24,367 nt of DNA, from assembly GCA_039679675.1 (NCBI GenBank), contig JBDKUN010000024.1:1-24367 (forward strand). Direction: 5' to 3'. The DNA comes from Armatimonadota bacterium. Lineage in GTDB: Bacteria; Armatimonadota; UBA5829; DTLH01. The notes under the pieces were generated by a model that saw nothing but the letters and a program-made list of their open reading frames with translations, made no database searches and was not told the origin of the DNA. Made by a program: the position numbers and the translations under genes. Shown here one piece after another: positions 7,304 through 15,404 of the stretch. Each line of letters opens with the position of its first letter. The first letter of the stretch is position 1.

Positions 7304-7336
7304 TTGATAACACATTACAGCAGGTTGTAATATAAT
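7304..7336 (+). promoter_or_regulatory. Promoter region of the gal-like cluster with an overlapping inverted repeat
   Basis: TTGATA at 7304, TATAAT at 7331 (spacing non-canonical), inverted repeat ATTACA-N6-TGTAAT at 7314-7331. Confidence 0.5.
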
Positions 7337-7383
7337 AGCGAATACGGATGCGGTCGCTCGAATATGCCGCATGGAGGCCTCCT

Positions 7384-7482
7384 GTGGAGATGAAGAAAGA
7401 AAAGATCGGGATTTCCGGCGAAAGGACCCTGATCTATTACAATTTCAGCAAAAAGACAAAAGAAAGCGAAGAAAAGAAGTAA
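7384..7482 (+). CDS. Unannotated 32-aa small protein coupled to galT
   Basis: GGAGG at 7373-7377, GTG at 7384, product MEMKKEKIGISGERTLIYYNFSKKTKESEEKK. The TAA at 7480-7482 overlaps the galT ATG (TAATG). Confidence 0.65.
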   Translation: MEMKKEKIGISGERTLIYYNFSKKTKESEEKK

Positions 7483-8456
7483 TGTCCGAGCTCAGATGGC
7501 ATCCGCTCCTGAAGGAATGGGTCATAACGGCTACTCATCGCCAGGACCGCACCTTCCTTCCCCCAAAAGACTACTGTCCGCTCTGCCCTACCAAGCCCGG
7601 TGCGTTTCCGACGGAAGTCCCGGCTGAAGACTACGAGATAGTCGTTTTTGAAAACAAGTTCCCATCTCTGCAATACCCTGCGCCGGAAGAGGCGGTCGAG
7701 GGGTCGGAGCTTTATATGGTCCGTCCCGCCGCCGGAGTCTGCGAAGTGGTACTCTACTCATCAAGGCACGAGAGCACTCTTGCGGCTGAGAGCGAAGAGA
7801 CCATAAGGAACCTGATCGAAGTCTGGACAGACCGCTACAATGAGCTTGGCTCAAAGGACTATGTGGACTATGTCTTTATCTTCGAGAACAAGGGCAAGGA
7901 GATCGGCGTCACCATCACCCATCCTCACGGCCAGATCTACGCTTATCCGTTCGTCCCGCCGATGATACTGAGAGAGCTCGATGCATCCCGCGAGCACCAC
8001 GAGAACACCGGCAGATGCCTCATGTGCGACATTATCGGCGAGGAAAAGCGGGACGGCAGGCGCATCGTCTGTGAAAACGGCTCCTTCCTCGCGGCAGTCC
8101 CGTTTTATGCGCGTTATCCTTACGAGGTCCACATATTCTCCAAGGCCCACAAAGGCAGTTTGCCTGAGTTTACAGACCAGGAAAGATGGGATTTGGCTAA
8201 AATCCTGAAGCAAATGCTGCTCAAGTACGATAATCTTTGGGGTATGTCGCTTCCTTATATGATGGTTCTGCATCAAAATCCGACAAATGGGGAAAGATAC
8301 GACTACTACCACTTCCATATAGAGTTCTATCCGCCTTACAGGACCAAAGAGAAGCTGAAGTATCTTGCGGGATCGGAATCCGGCGCGGGGGTCTTTATAA
8401 ACGACACTCTTGCTGAAGAGAAGGCGGCGGAACTGAGGGAAATAGAGCCTAAATAG
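7482..8456 (+). CDS. galT: Galactose-1-phosphate uridylyltransferase
   Basis: ELRWHPLLKEWV...RQDR, CPLCP, FENKFP, CEVVLYS, FENKG..IG and HPHGQ active-site motif. True start ATG 7482. Confidence 0.95.
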   Translation: MSELRWHPLLKEWVITATHRQDRTFLPPKDYCPLCPTKPGAFPTEVPAEDYEIVVFENKFPSLQYPAPEEAVEGSELYMVRPAAGVCEVVLYSSRHESTLAAESEETIRNLIEVWTDRYNELGSKDYVDYVFIFENKGKEIGVTITHPHGQIYAYPFVPPMILRELDASREHHENTGRCLMCDIIGEEKRDGRRIVCENGSFLAAVPFYARYPYEVHIFSKAHKGSLPEFTDQERWDLAKILKQMLLKYDNLWGMSLPYMMVLHQNPTNGERYDYYHFHIEFYPPYRTKEKLKYLAGSESGAGVFINDTLAEEKAAELREIEPK

Positions 8457-8491
8457 AGGTAGTAAAAGCAATACGACTGGGGGAATCTGCA

Positions 8492-9955
8492 GTGAAGGTC
8501 CGTAAAGTAACCTTGATTGAGCCTAAGTCGCCTGGATACCATGTTTACAGCATGATCGCGCTGCCGAGGTTAGGGCTGCCGCTCCTCGGAGCCCTCCTCA
8601 AAAAGCGCGGCTGCGATGTCACTATCTACTGCCAGGACATGAGCGGCATAGATATGGGAGATATGCTCTGCTCTGACCTCGTGTGCATATCCACGATCAC
8701 ATCCACCGCCCCGGAAGCTTACCGCCTGGCTGATAAAGCCAGAGATGCAGGAATCCCCGTCGTGATAGGCGGAACTCATGTGACCTTTATGCCTGACGAA
8801 GCTCTCCAGCATGCCGATTATTGCGTGAGAGGCGAAGGCGAGGAGACGCTGATCGAGCTGGTCGATGCCATCGAGTCGGATTCCGAACCTGTCGGGATCA
8901 AAGGGCTTTCCTACCGCAATGGTGAAGAGATCGTCCACAACCCGGACCGCGGGCTGATCTCTGACCTCGATTCCCTCCCGTTTCCGGACCTGTCGCTTGT
9001 AAGAGGCAACGAAAAGATCGGCATAACACCTGTTGCCACTTCGCGCGGATGCCCGTTCGACTGCAGTTTCTGCTCAGTCACCAGGATGTTCGGCAGAGGT
9101 TATCGCTTCAGAAGCGTGGACAACGTCATTGAAGAGCTGAAGCTCTTGAACCCTGAGAAAGTCTTCTTCTACGATGACAACTTCACCGCAAATCGGGGAC
9201 ACACTAAGGAACTCCTCGACAAAATGCTTTCTACAGGAGTTGCCCCCAAGTGGACCGCACAGGTGAGGGCTGAGGTCGCGCGGGACAAGGAACTCCTGAA
9301 GCTGATGAAGCGGAGCAACTGCTATTTCGTCTATGTCGGGTTTGAATCGGTCAACCCTGAGACGCTGAAGGAATACGACAAGCGGCAGGTGGTGGAAGAA
9401 ATCGTCGAGTCTATCCGCATCCTGCACGAGCACAGAATAATGATCCACGGCATGTTCGTCCTCGGCGCGGAGAAGGATACCGTGAAGACCGTGCAAGAGA
9501 CTGTCGATTTTGCGCTCAAAAACAAGATCGATACTGTACAGATCATGTCGCTCACACCGCTTCCCGGAACGCCTGTGTTTAGCAAGATGCAAAACGAAGA
9601 CCGGCTTCTCACAAGGGATTGGTCGCTCTACGACGGCCAGCATGTGGTGTACCAGCCAAAGAGCATGAGCCCTTATGAGATGCAGAAAGCCGTGATTCTC
9701 GCCTCGAAGAAATTCTACAGCATTTATCAATGCACTAAGATGCTCATTAACCCCGATTTCATAGCATTTCTCTCCAACCTGCTCATAGGGCGGTGGAACG
9801 AGGCAAAATCCCAAGCCAGAATGCGCACGCTCGGCTGGTTCTACCGAACTTACGGGCATGTGCTCACAAAACGATTTGATGCCGCAAATAAGGATTTTTC
9901 TGAGATGATAAAGAACATATCAGAGGGAACAGTCCAGGGGAGATGCAGGATTTAG
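8492..9955 (+). CDS. Cobalamin-binding radical SAM protein (class B methyltransferase/BchE-like)
   Basis: N-terminal B12-binding Rossmann (PRLGL, VVIGGTHVT, RGEGEET), TSRGCPFDCSFC, FYDDNF, VGFES, TPLPGT. Confidence 0.92.
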   Translation: MKVRKVTLIEPKSPGYHVYSMIALPRLGLPLLGALLKKRGCDVTIYCQDMSGIDMGDMLCSDLVCISTITSTAPEAYRLADKARDAGIPVVIGGTHVTFMPDEALQHADYCVRGEGEETLIELVDAIESDSEPVGIKGLSYRNGEEIVHNPDRGLISDLDSLPFPDLSLVRGNEKIGITPVATSRGCPFDCSFCSVTRMFGRGYRFRSVDNVIEELKLLNPEKVFFYDDNFTANRGHTKELLDKMLSTGVAPKWTAQVRAEVARDKELLKLMKRSNCYFVYVGFESVNPETLKEYDKRQVVEEIVESIRILHEHRIMIHGMFVLGAEKDTVKTVQETVDFALKNKIDTVQIMSLTPLPGTPVFSKMQNEDRLLTRDWSLYDGQHVVYQPKSMSPYEMQKAVILASKKFYSIYQCTKMLINPDFIAFLSNLLIGRWNEAKSQARMRTLGWFYRTYGHVLTKRFDAANKDFSEMIKNISEGTVQGRCRI

Positions 9956-9980
9956 GGATGGGATTGATGGAATTCGACAG

Positions 9981-10013
9981 GTAGGTTTCGGGACAGGGGT
10001 GTCCCGAAATAAC
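9981..10013. repeat. GTAG-led REP-like hairpin
   Basis: GTAGG-TTTCGGGACA-GGGG-TGTCCCGAAA; perfect 10-bp stem. Confidence 0.5.
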
Positions 10014-10087
10014 GAAACTCCTTAGTTCAGCATGACGTTGTGGTAGTCCAATATGACATACCCTATGCTTCGGGACCGCAGTTCGTC

Positions 10088-10150
10088 CTACTACCCCGTG
10101 GACCTACTGGACCACGGGGGTAGTAGCCGTGGACCTACCGGACCACGGGG
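10088..10150. repeat. Tandem palindromic 24-bp repeats
   Basis: CCGTGGACCTACYGGACCACGGGG at 10096-10119 and 10127-10150 (1 mismatch). The first unit is enclosed by CTACTAC...GTAGTAG. Confidence 0.85.
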
Positions 10151-10240
10151 AGAAGCACGAGTCTCCACTAATCCCACTTTCGCGTACTTCGCGATTCAAG
10201 TTTTTCGACAAAAAGCTGATAGCTAAAAAGGAGTATTAGA

Positions 10241-11407
10241 TTGTTAACGGATAGATTAGCTGCCGTCAGGGGCAGGTTTCAAGAGCTTTATGGAGTAAAA
10301 CCACAGATTATGACAAAGGGCCCCGGAAGGATCGACCTGATGGGGATTCACACCGATTACAACGACGGGTTTGTGCTGCCAGTGGCTATCAGCTTCGAGG
10401 TAATCGCAGCCGGTAAGTTAAGAGACGATAATATTGTCCGCGCGTACTCCGCTAATCTCGACAGCATGGTCGAATTTCCCCTGGATGACATCAAATTCGA
10501 CGAAGTAGACACCTGGAGCAACTATCTGCGCGGTGTTCTCGTCTATCTTAAAGAAGCCGGCGTAGAACTTAAGGGAGCTGATGTGGCTCTCGAAGGAAAT
10601 GTGCCGGTCGCGTCCGGGCTTTCTTCATCTGCGGCGATAGAGATGGCTATCGGGACTCTCTTCCAGGCGCTGCTCGGGTTCGAGATGTCCGGGCCGGAGA
10701 TGGCACTCGTGGGGCAAAGGGCAGAAAACAGGTTCGTCGGGGTCAACACCGGGATAATGGACCAGTTTATCTCCCGCCTGGGGAAAAAGGACCACGCGCT
10801 CTTCCTCGATTGCCGGTCACTTGATTACGAGCTTCTGCCGCTAGATACGAAAGAGACCAAGATCGTCATCTGCGACACAATGAAGCGGCGCGGGCTGGTG
10901 GACTCTGAGTATAACGCCAGGCGGGCGCAGTGCGAGGAAGCTGTCAGGGTGCTGAGTGAGTGGCTGCCGGGCATCAAAGCCCTCCGCGATGTGACGCTAG
11001 CCGATTTGGACGAATACGGCGACCGGCTTTCTGATGTAGTATTCAGGCGCGCAAGGCATGTCGTTACGGAAAATGAGCGCGGAATTGCCAGTAGAAAGCT
11101 TCTGTCTGAAGGAAATATCGAAGAGTTCGCCCGGTTAATGGACGCTTCACAGGATTCCGCACGGGATGATTACGAAGTGAGCTGCGCGGAGCTGGACACG
11201 ATGGTAGAACTGTCGCGGCCTGCTCCTGGGGCACTCTGTTCCCGGCTGATCGGCGCGGGGTTCGGCGGCGCGACGGTATCTCTCGTCCGGGAAGAGTCGG
11301 TCGAGGAGTTTATGAACGTTGTCTCCGATGGTTACAGGAAGAAGATGGGGGTGGAGCCGAGGCTCTACGTCAGTACTGCCGAGGACGGCGCTGGTGTGGT
11401 AAAATAG
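10241..11407 (+). CDS. galK: Galactokinase-family GHMP sugar kinase with variant sugar-binding motif
   Basis: PGRIDLMGIHTDYNDG, GLSSSAA, GIMDQ, YNARRAQC, RARHVVTEN, YEVS, GAGFGG; AGGAG RBS before TTG. Confidence 0.9.
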   Translation: MLTDRLAAVRGRFQELYGVKPQIMTKGPGRIDLMGIHTDYNDGFVLPVAISFEVIAAGKLRDDNIVRAYSANLDSMVEFPLDDIKFDEVDTWSNYLRGVLVYLKEAGVELKGADVALEGNVPVASGLSSSAAIEMAIGTLFQALLGFEMSGPEMALVGQRAENRFVGVNTGIMDQFISRLGKKDHALFLDCRSLDYELLPLDTKETKIVICDTMKRRGLVDSEYNARRAQCEEAVRVLSEWLPGIKALRDVTLADLDEYGDRLSDVVFRRARHVVTENERGIASRKLLSEGNIEEFARLMDASQDSARDDYEVSCAELDTMVELSRPAPGALCSRLIGAGFGGATVSLVREESVEEFMNVVSDGYRKKMGVEPRLYVSTAEDGAGVVK

Positions 11408-11485
11408 AGTATATAGTTCAGATTGGGGATGCAATTGTGTTGATAATGGAAAGAGCGCAGGCAAAAAGCGTCAGGAGATATCCAA

Positions 11486-12007
11486 ATGCCTAAATGTAAG
11501 AAATGTGGCGCGAGCCTGCACCCGGAGCAGAAAGTTTGCCTGGCCTGCGGGACACAGACCGACCGCTGGCCTGGAGGACCTAAAGCAGAAGAAGAGCCTC
11601 CGGTACAGATACCGTGGCTGCCTATCGGAATAATCGCCGGCGGGCTTGTGCTGGCTATAGTGCTGTTTGCGTTGGCGATGCACTTCAGGATCGCACCGCC
11701 GGATGAGGTAGCCAATAAATGGCTTCTAGCGGTAACGAGCCGGGATGTAAAGCGTGCGAAAGAGTTCACGACACCGGATTTTGAAGCTATGCTCGCCGAC
11801 CGTCCTATGAGCGCAGAAAAAGGCGACGATTATTACGACTTCATGTACAATAACGACGCGACTTATTCAGTCTCAAAGCCACGGATGGAAAGTTCGCTTG
11901 TCGCATACGTTACGGTCACATTCAAAGGGAAAAACGGCCAGTCGCTCTCCGAGAACATCCGGATGGAGCTTCTGAACCGTAAGTGGAAGATAACGCTGAT
12001 CGAGTAG
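11486..12007 (+). CDS. Zinc-ribbon + single TM + NTF2-like (DUF4878-like) domain protein
   Basis: CKKCG...CLACG, TM helix, P.EVANKWL.A....D...AKEF ... KWKI; AGGAG RBS. Confidence 0.75.
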   Translation: MPKCKKCGASLHPEQKVCLACGTQTDRWPGGPKAEEEPPVQIPWLPIGIIAGGLVLAIVLFALAMHFRIAPPDEVANKWLLAVTSRDVKRAKEFTTPDFEAMLADRPMSAEKGDDYYDFMYNNDATYSVSKPRMESSLVAYVTVTFKGKNGQSLSENIRMELLNRKWKITLIE

Positions 12008-12012
12008 AACAG

Positions 12013-12033
12013 GGGCAGGCACCCCGCCTGCCC
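12013..12033. terminator. Hairpin between convergent genes
   Basis: GGGCAGGC-ACCCC-GCCTGCCC. Confidence 0.55.
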
Positions 12034-12051
12034 ATACTAAATTTCTCCTTA

Positions 12052-12819
12052 TTACAATTCCCGGTCCTTTTCGATAAGAATTCGAATACCCAGATTTGCC
12101 GCTATGAGCCCGAACATTCCCGTAATCGTTGGCAGGCTGCCGAGGGTGTTCCTGACTCGGCCGCGCTTGAGGAACGGTTCTTCGCCCAGCCGCTCCGTCG
12201 GCATCGCTATCGGAAGCGGGTTCGGGAGAGGCTCTTCCGAAAACACGGAAAGAATATCCAGCGGAGTGCCGCGGTTTCTGAGGCGCTTTTTGACAGCCCG
12301 GCCCAGTGGACAGCTTTTGACCTCCGAGATCGGCGCTGTGCGGATATATGACGGATCGGTCCGAAGTGCTGCTCCAAGGCACGAGATAACCGGCAGGTCC
12401 CGGCTTCGGGCAGAGGACAGCAGTTCAACCTTTGGATTGAGCGAGTCTATCGCATCTATCACCAGGTCAGGAGATTCTCCGACAAGCTGCCGTACCGTTT
12501 TCTCATCTAAAAACCCGTCTATAGCTTCGACCTTGCAGTCCGGGTTGATGTCCAGCACCCTCTCAACGGCAACATCGCACTTCAGGCGGCCAATTGTCGA
12601 TCCCAGCGCATAGAGCTGCCGGTTTATGTTGCTTGGGCTGATCTTATCGAAGTCGATCAGCCTCAGCCTGCCGATACCCGCCCGCGCGAGCCCTTCGACA
12701 GCGTACGTGCCGACTGCGCCCAGCCCCACTACCGTGACAGAAGACTGCCTCAGCCGCTCGCATGCACCGCTCCCCAGCATGAGCTCTATTCTGCTAAACC
12801 GTTCGTTCCAGCTAACCAT
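12052..12819 (-). CDS. tcdA: tRNA threonylcarbamoyladenosine dehydratase (ThiF/E1-like)
   Basis: RFSRIELMLG, VVGLGAVG, DFDKISPSNINRQ, DAID, CPL, VFSEE. Confidence 0.88.
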   Translation of the reverse strand: MVSWNERFSRIELMLGSGACERLRQSSVTVVGLGAVGTYAVEGLARAGIGRLRLIDFDKISPSNINRQLYALGSTIGRLKCDVAVERVLDINPDCKVEAIDGFLDEKTVRQLVGESPDLVIDAIDSLNPKVELLSSARSRDLPVISCLGAALRTDPSYIRTAPISEVKSCPLGRAVKKRLRNRGTPLDILSVFSEEPLPNPLPIAMPTERLGEEPFLKRGRVRNTLGSLPTITGMFGLIAANLGIRILIEKDREL

Positions 12820-12830
12820 AAATCTGCTTT

Positions 12831-13649
12831 CTACAACTCCTGATGAGTTTTGAGAGGGCCGAAAAACCGTCCGGCGTTCTGCCAGAGGATCTCACTCAGC
12901 TCATCCGGTGTCTGCCCCAGGAAATCCGCTATACCGCTCAGGATAGCAGGCAGGTTTGCCGGATGGTTCAGCTCTTTACCCTCCGATGATAATACGGATA
13001 CTGCGCGAAATCGTTCTGGCGGAAGCATATTCGGCGTATCCGTTTCCAATAAAAGCCTGTCGATGGGAACTGCTGCCAGCGATCTTCTCGACTGCGAGTG
13101 ACCCTCAAAAAGCGCCTTGCCGGAAAAAGAGAAGTAAGCTCCCATCTCCGCGAGCGGCTTGATCAGATCAGCCGACCCGCCGTAGGAATGAATGAGCATC
13201 CCCTGCGGGATGCTATCCTCGCTCCGAAGCACATCCATCAGCCATCCCCAAGCTCGTACACAGTGGACCATGACCGGGCGTTCATACCTCCGGGCGAGTT
13301 CAAGCTGCAGCCGGAACGATTCTTCCTGCAACGGCCTATCTATATTTTGATACAGCCTGTCGAGACCGATCTCACCGATCCCGCAGTTCGTCGTCCGTAC
13401 AAGCTCTTCGAGCGTCGAAAACCAGCCACTGGACCGCTCGGACACGAACCATGGGTGTAGCCCAAGGCATGGCAGGACTCCCGGCAGTTTCCCGGCATAA
13501 TCCAGCACCGTCCACCAGTCATTTTCGTTGGTCCCGTTGCAGACGAGGGTCGCCACACCTGCTTCGGCAGCTTGTGACACGACCTCAGAAACATCGATTC
13601 CCTGGCCGTAGTCCTGAAGATGCACATGCGAATCAACCAGTTCCATCAC
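12831..13649 (-). CDS. tatD: TatD family hydrolase/DNase
   Basis: DSHVH, GLHPW, GEIGLD, VHC, HSY, LLETD. True start GTG 13649 or ATG 13646, not 13763. Confidence 0.92.
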   Translation of the reverse strand: MMELVDSHVHLQDYGQGIDVSEVVSQAAEAGVATLVCNGTNENDWWTVLDYAGKLPGVLPCLGLHPWFVSERSSGWFSTLEELVRTTNCGIGEIGLDRLYQNIDRPLQEESFRLQLELARRYERPVMVHCVRAWGWLMDVLRSEDSIPQGMLIHSYGGSADLIKPLAEMGAYFSFSGKALFEGHSQSRRSLAAVPIDRLLLETDTPNMLPPERFRAVSVLSSEGKELNHPANLPAILSGIADFLGQTPDELSEILWQNAGRFFGPLKTHQEL

Positions 13650-13655
13650 AGGACA

Positions 13656-13684
13656 AGTATAATGCGGCTTCTCTTCGAGAGCAA
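13656..13684 (-). promoter_or_regulatory. SigA-type promoter giving a probably leaderless tatD mRNA
   Basis: Minus strand TTGCTC-N17-TATACT, then 6 nt, then GTG ATG; no SD sequence. Confidence 0.6.
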
Positions 13685-13762
13685 GGGCGAAATTCCGGTA
13701 GTTTTGTCGGTAATGGCATGCGGCTGTAATCCCGAAAAGAATATTGGGAGGGGGACGATACA

Positions 13763-14158
13763 ATGTGCAAGGGAATCGAAACCTTAAGAAGCGGACTGGA
13801 GGCTTTTAAGGTCAATGATTACACGACGGCTGTGAGTCTACTCGAACAGGCTACTCTTGAAGACCACGAGGACTACCAGGCGTTTCTCTACCTGGGCGCG
13901 GCCTACACAGGCGCGGGCAGGAACAACGCGGCGATAGGGGCGTTCAGAAGGGCGGCAGAACTTCGTCCTGAAGATGCTCGCGTGCATTACAACCTCGGAC
14001 AGGCTTACGAAGCCGCCGGAGTGCCGAGGGAAGCTATGTTCGAGTATACTCAGGCACTTAAGCTCAACCCGTGTTACGTGAACGCTCAATCAGCGTTAAC
14101 ATCACTCAAAACCCGAACCTCCGCTCATAATGGCCGGAAAATGCAGCTCAGCGCATAA
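13763..14158 (+). CDS. Tetratricopeptide repeat protein
   Basis: About 3 TPRs (AFLYLGAAY..AG....A..AF.RA.EL.P; VHYNLGQAY...G....A...Y..AL.LNP); GGAGG RBS. Confidence 0.88.
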   Translation: MCKGIETLRSGLEAFKVNDYTTAVSLLEQATLEDHEDYQAFLYLGAAYTGAGRNNAAIGAFRRAAELRPEDARVHYNLGQAYEAAGVPREAMFEYTQALKLNPCYVNAQSALTSLKTRTSAHNGRKMQLSA

Positions 14159-14252
14159 CGGGTCCAGTTTATTTGTTCGTAAATTGAGCTCGCTTGTTGA
14201 GACGGCACCGGGCAACAGGCATCCATGTATGCTTTGGGCGGACGGGTCTGCT

Positions 14253-14293
14253 GGGTTTGTCGAAGAGGCACGAACTACCTCTTCGACAAGCCC
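14253..14293. repeat. Long palindrome (terminator or degenerate REP-like unit) between convergent genes
   Basis: GGGTTTGTCGAAGAGG-N9-CCTCTTCGACAAGCCC, 16-bp stem with one G-T pair. Confidence 0.7.
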
Positions 14294-14312
14294 GGACTAA
14301 TATTAATCCGGC

Positions 14313-15404
14313 TCAAAGTGCCCTGACGTATGCATTTCCGGGGACCCGCTTGACTATGCCTTTCATTTCGAGCATCGTCAGCATTCCGATTACCTGCGGA
14401 GCGGGCAGTTTTGCTTCCTGTATGATCTGATCCACGTGTTTTGCCTGCAGCGACAATGTTTCTACCAGTTTTCGCTCTTCATCCGTAAGCGACTCGAACT
14501 CGAAAGTCAGTTGAGGTTTGATATTATCTTCAGCTTGAATCCCAAGATCTTCCATTATCTGATCAGCCGACTCTACAAGCGTCGCTCCATCGCGAATGAG
14601 CGCATGGCAGCCCTGGTTGCGGACATCATCGACATTGCCGGGCAGTACGAAGATGTCCCGTCCCTGTTCCTGCGCGTAACGGGCTGTTATGAGCGCGCCG
14701 GAGCTTGCAGGAGCCTGTATGACAAGCAACCCGATCGAAAGTCCGCTTATTATCCTGTTTCGCGCAGGAAAACGCCAGCCTTCCGGCGGAGTGCCCGGAG
14801 AAAACTCGGAGACCACCGCGCCGTTTTCAGCAACTCTGTCGAACAGCTCTTTATGCTCGGTCGGATAGCAAATATCTATCCCGCAGCCGAGCACGGCGAC
14901 AGTGCGGCCGCCTGCAGCAAGCGATCCCTTGTGAGCCATGGCGTCGATTCCCCTCGCACCGCCGCTTATAACCGTTAAGCCCCGGTTCGAAAGGTCTTTG
15001 GCTATCCGTTCGGCCATACTCCTGCCATAAATAGAAGCTCTTCTGGACCCGACGATAGCTATGGCGAATTTATCCGGCTCCTTCAGCTCACCACGGACAA
15101 ATAGGACCACCGGAGGATCGATGATCTGCTGCAGATTGGCTGGATAGTCCTTGTCTTGAAAAGAAATCAGCCGGATATTCTTTTCCTGGAGGGTATCAAG
15201 AGAGCGGTCGAGATCGGATGGCTCAGGTGAAAGCAGTTTTTCCAGAGAGCGCCCGGTCAGCCCTTCTACTGATCTAAGCTCGGTTTCCGTAGCCGAAAAG
15301 ACAGCTTCAGGGCTGCCGAAACGCTCAACAAGAGCAGTGGCCCGCCTGGGAGCAAGTTCAAGCTTGCTCAGGCGGAGCCAACTCCTTATATCGGTCCGGT
15401 CCAT
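14313..15404 (-). CDS. dprA: DNA-processing protein DprA (Smf)
   Basis: IVGSR, SGGARGID, AVLGCGID, FPARNRIISGLS, SGALITA, C-terminal winged helix. ATG 15404 overlaps the upstream TAA. Confidence 0.96.
   Translation of the reverse strand: MDRTDIRSWLRLSKLELAPRRATALVERFGSPEAVFSATETELRSVEGLTGRSLEKLLSPEPSDLDRSLDTLQEKNIRLISFQDKDYPANLQQIIDPPVVLFVRGELKEPDKFAIAIVGSRRASIYGRSMAERIAKDLSNRGLTVISGGARGIDAMAHKGSLAAGGRTVAVLGCGIDICYPTEHKELFDRVAENGAVVSEFSPGTPPEGWRFPARNRIISGLSIGLLVIQAPASSGALITARYAQEQGRDIFVLPGNVDDVRNQGCHALIRDGATLVESADQIMEDLGIQAEDNIKPQLTFEFESLTDEERKLVETLSLQAKHVDQIIQEAKLPAPQVIGMLTMLEMKGIVKRVPGNAYVRAL

Noticed and set aside
7371..7481. 37-aa N-terminal extension of GalT in the ORF track
   Set aside because: GalT homology starts at MSELR. 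The region is better explained by the small ORF in another frame with its own RBS.
9074..9859. Long antisense ORFs (also 4604..5350, 7851..8471, 14436..14978, 17345..18004, 23308..24186)
   Set aside because: Shadow ORFs opposite well-supported genes, with no recognisable motifs or RBS.
10088..10150. Mini CRISPR array
   Set aside because: Only two units, 7 bp apart, and no cas genes.
13711..13738. Sigma28-like promoter for the TPR gene (TAAT-N16-CCCGAAAA)
   Set aside because: Too many mismatches to the consensus to support.
13650..13763. N-terminal extension of TatD
   Set aside because: Covers the divergent promoter region; the TatD motif DSHVH normally lies within a few residues of the start.
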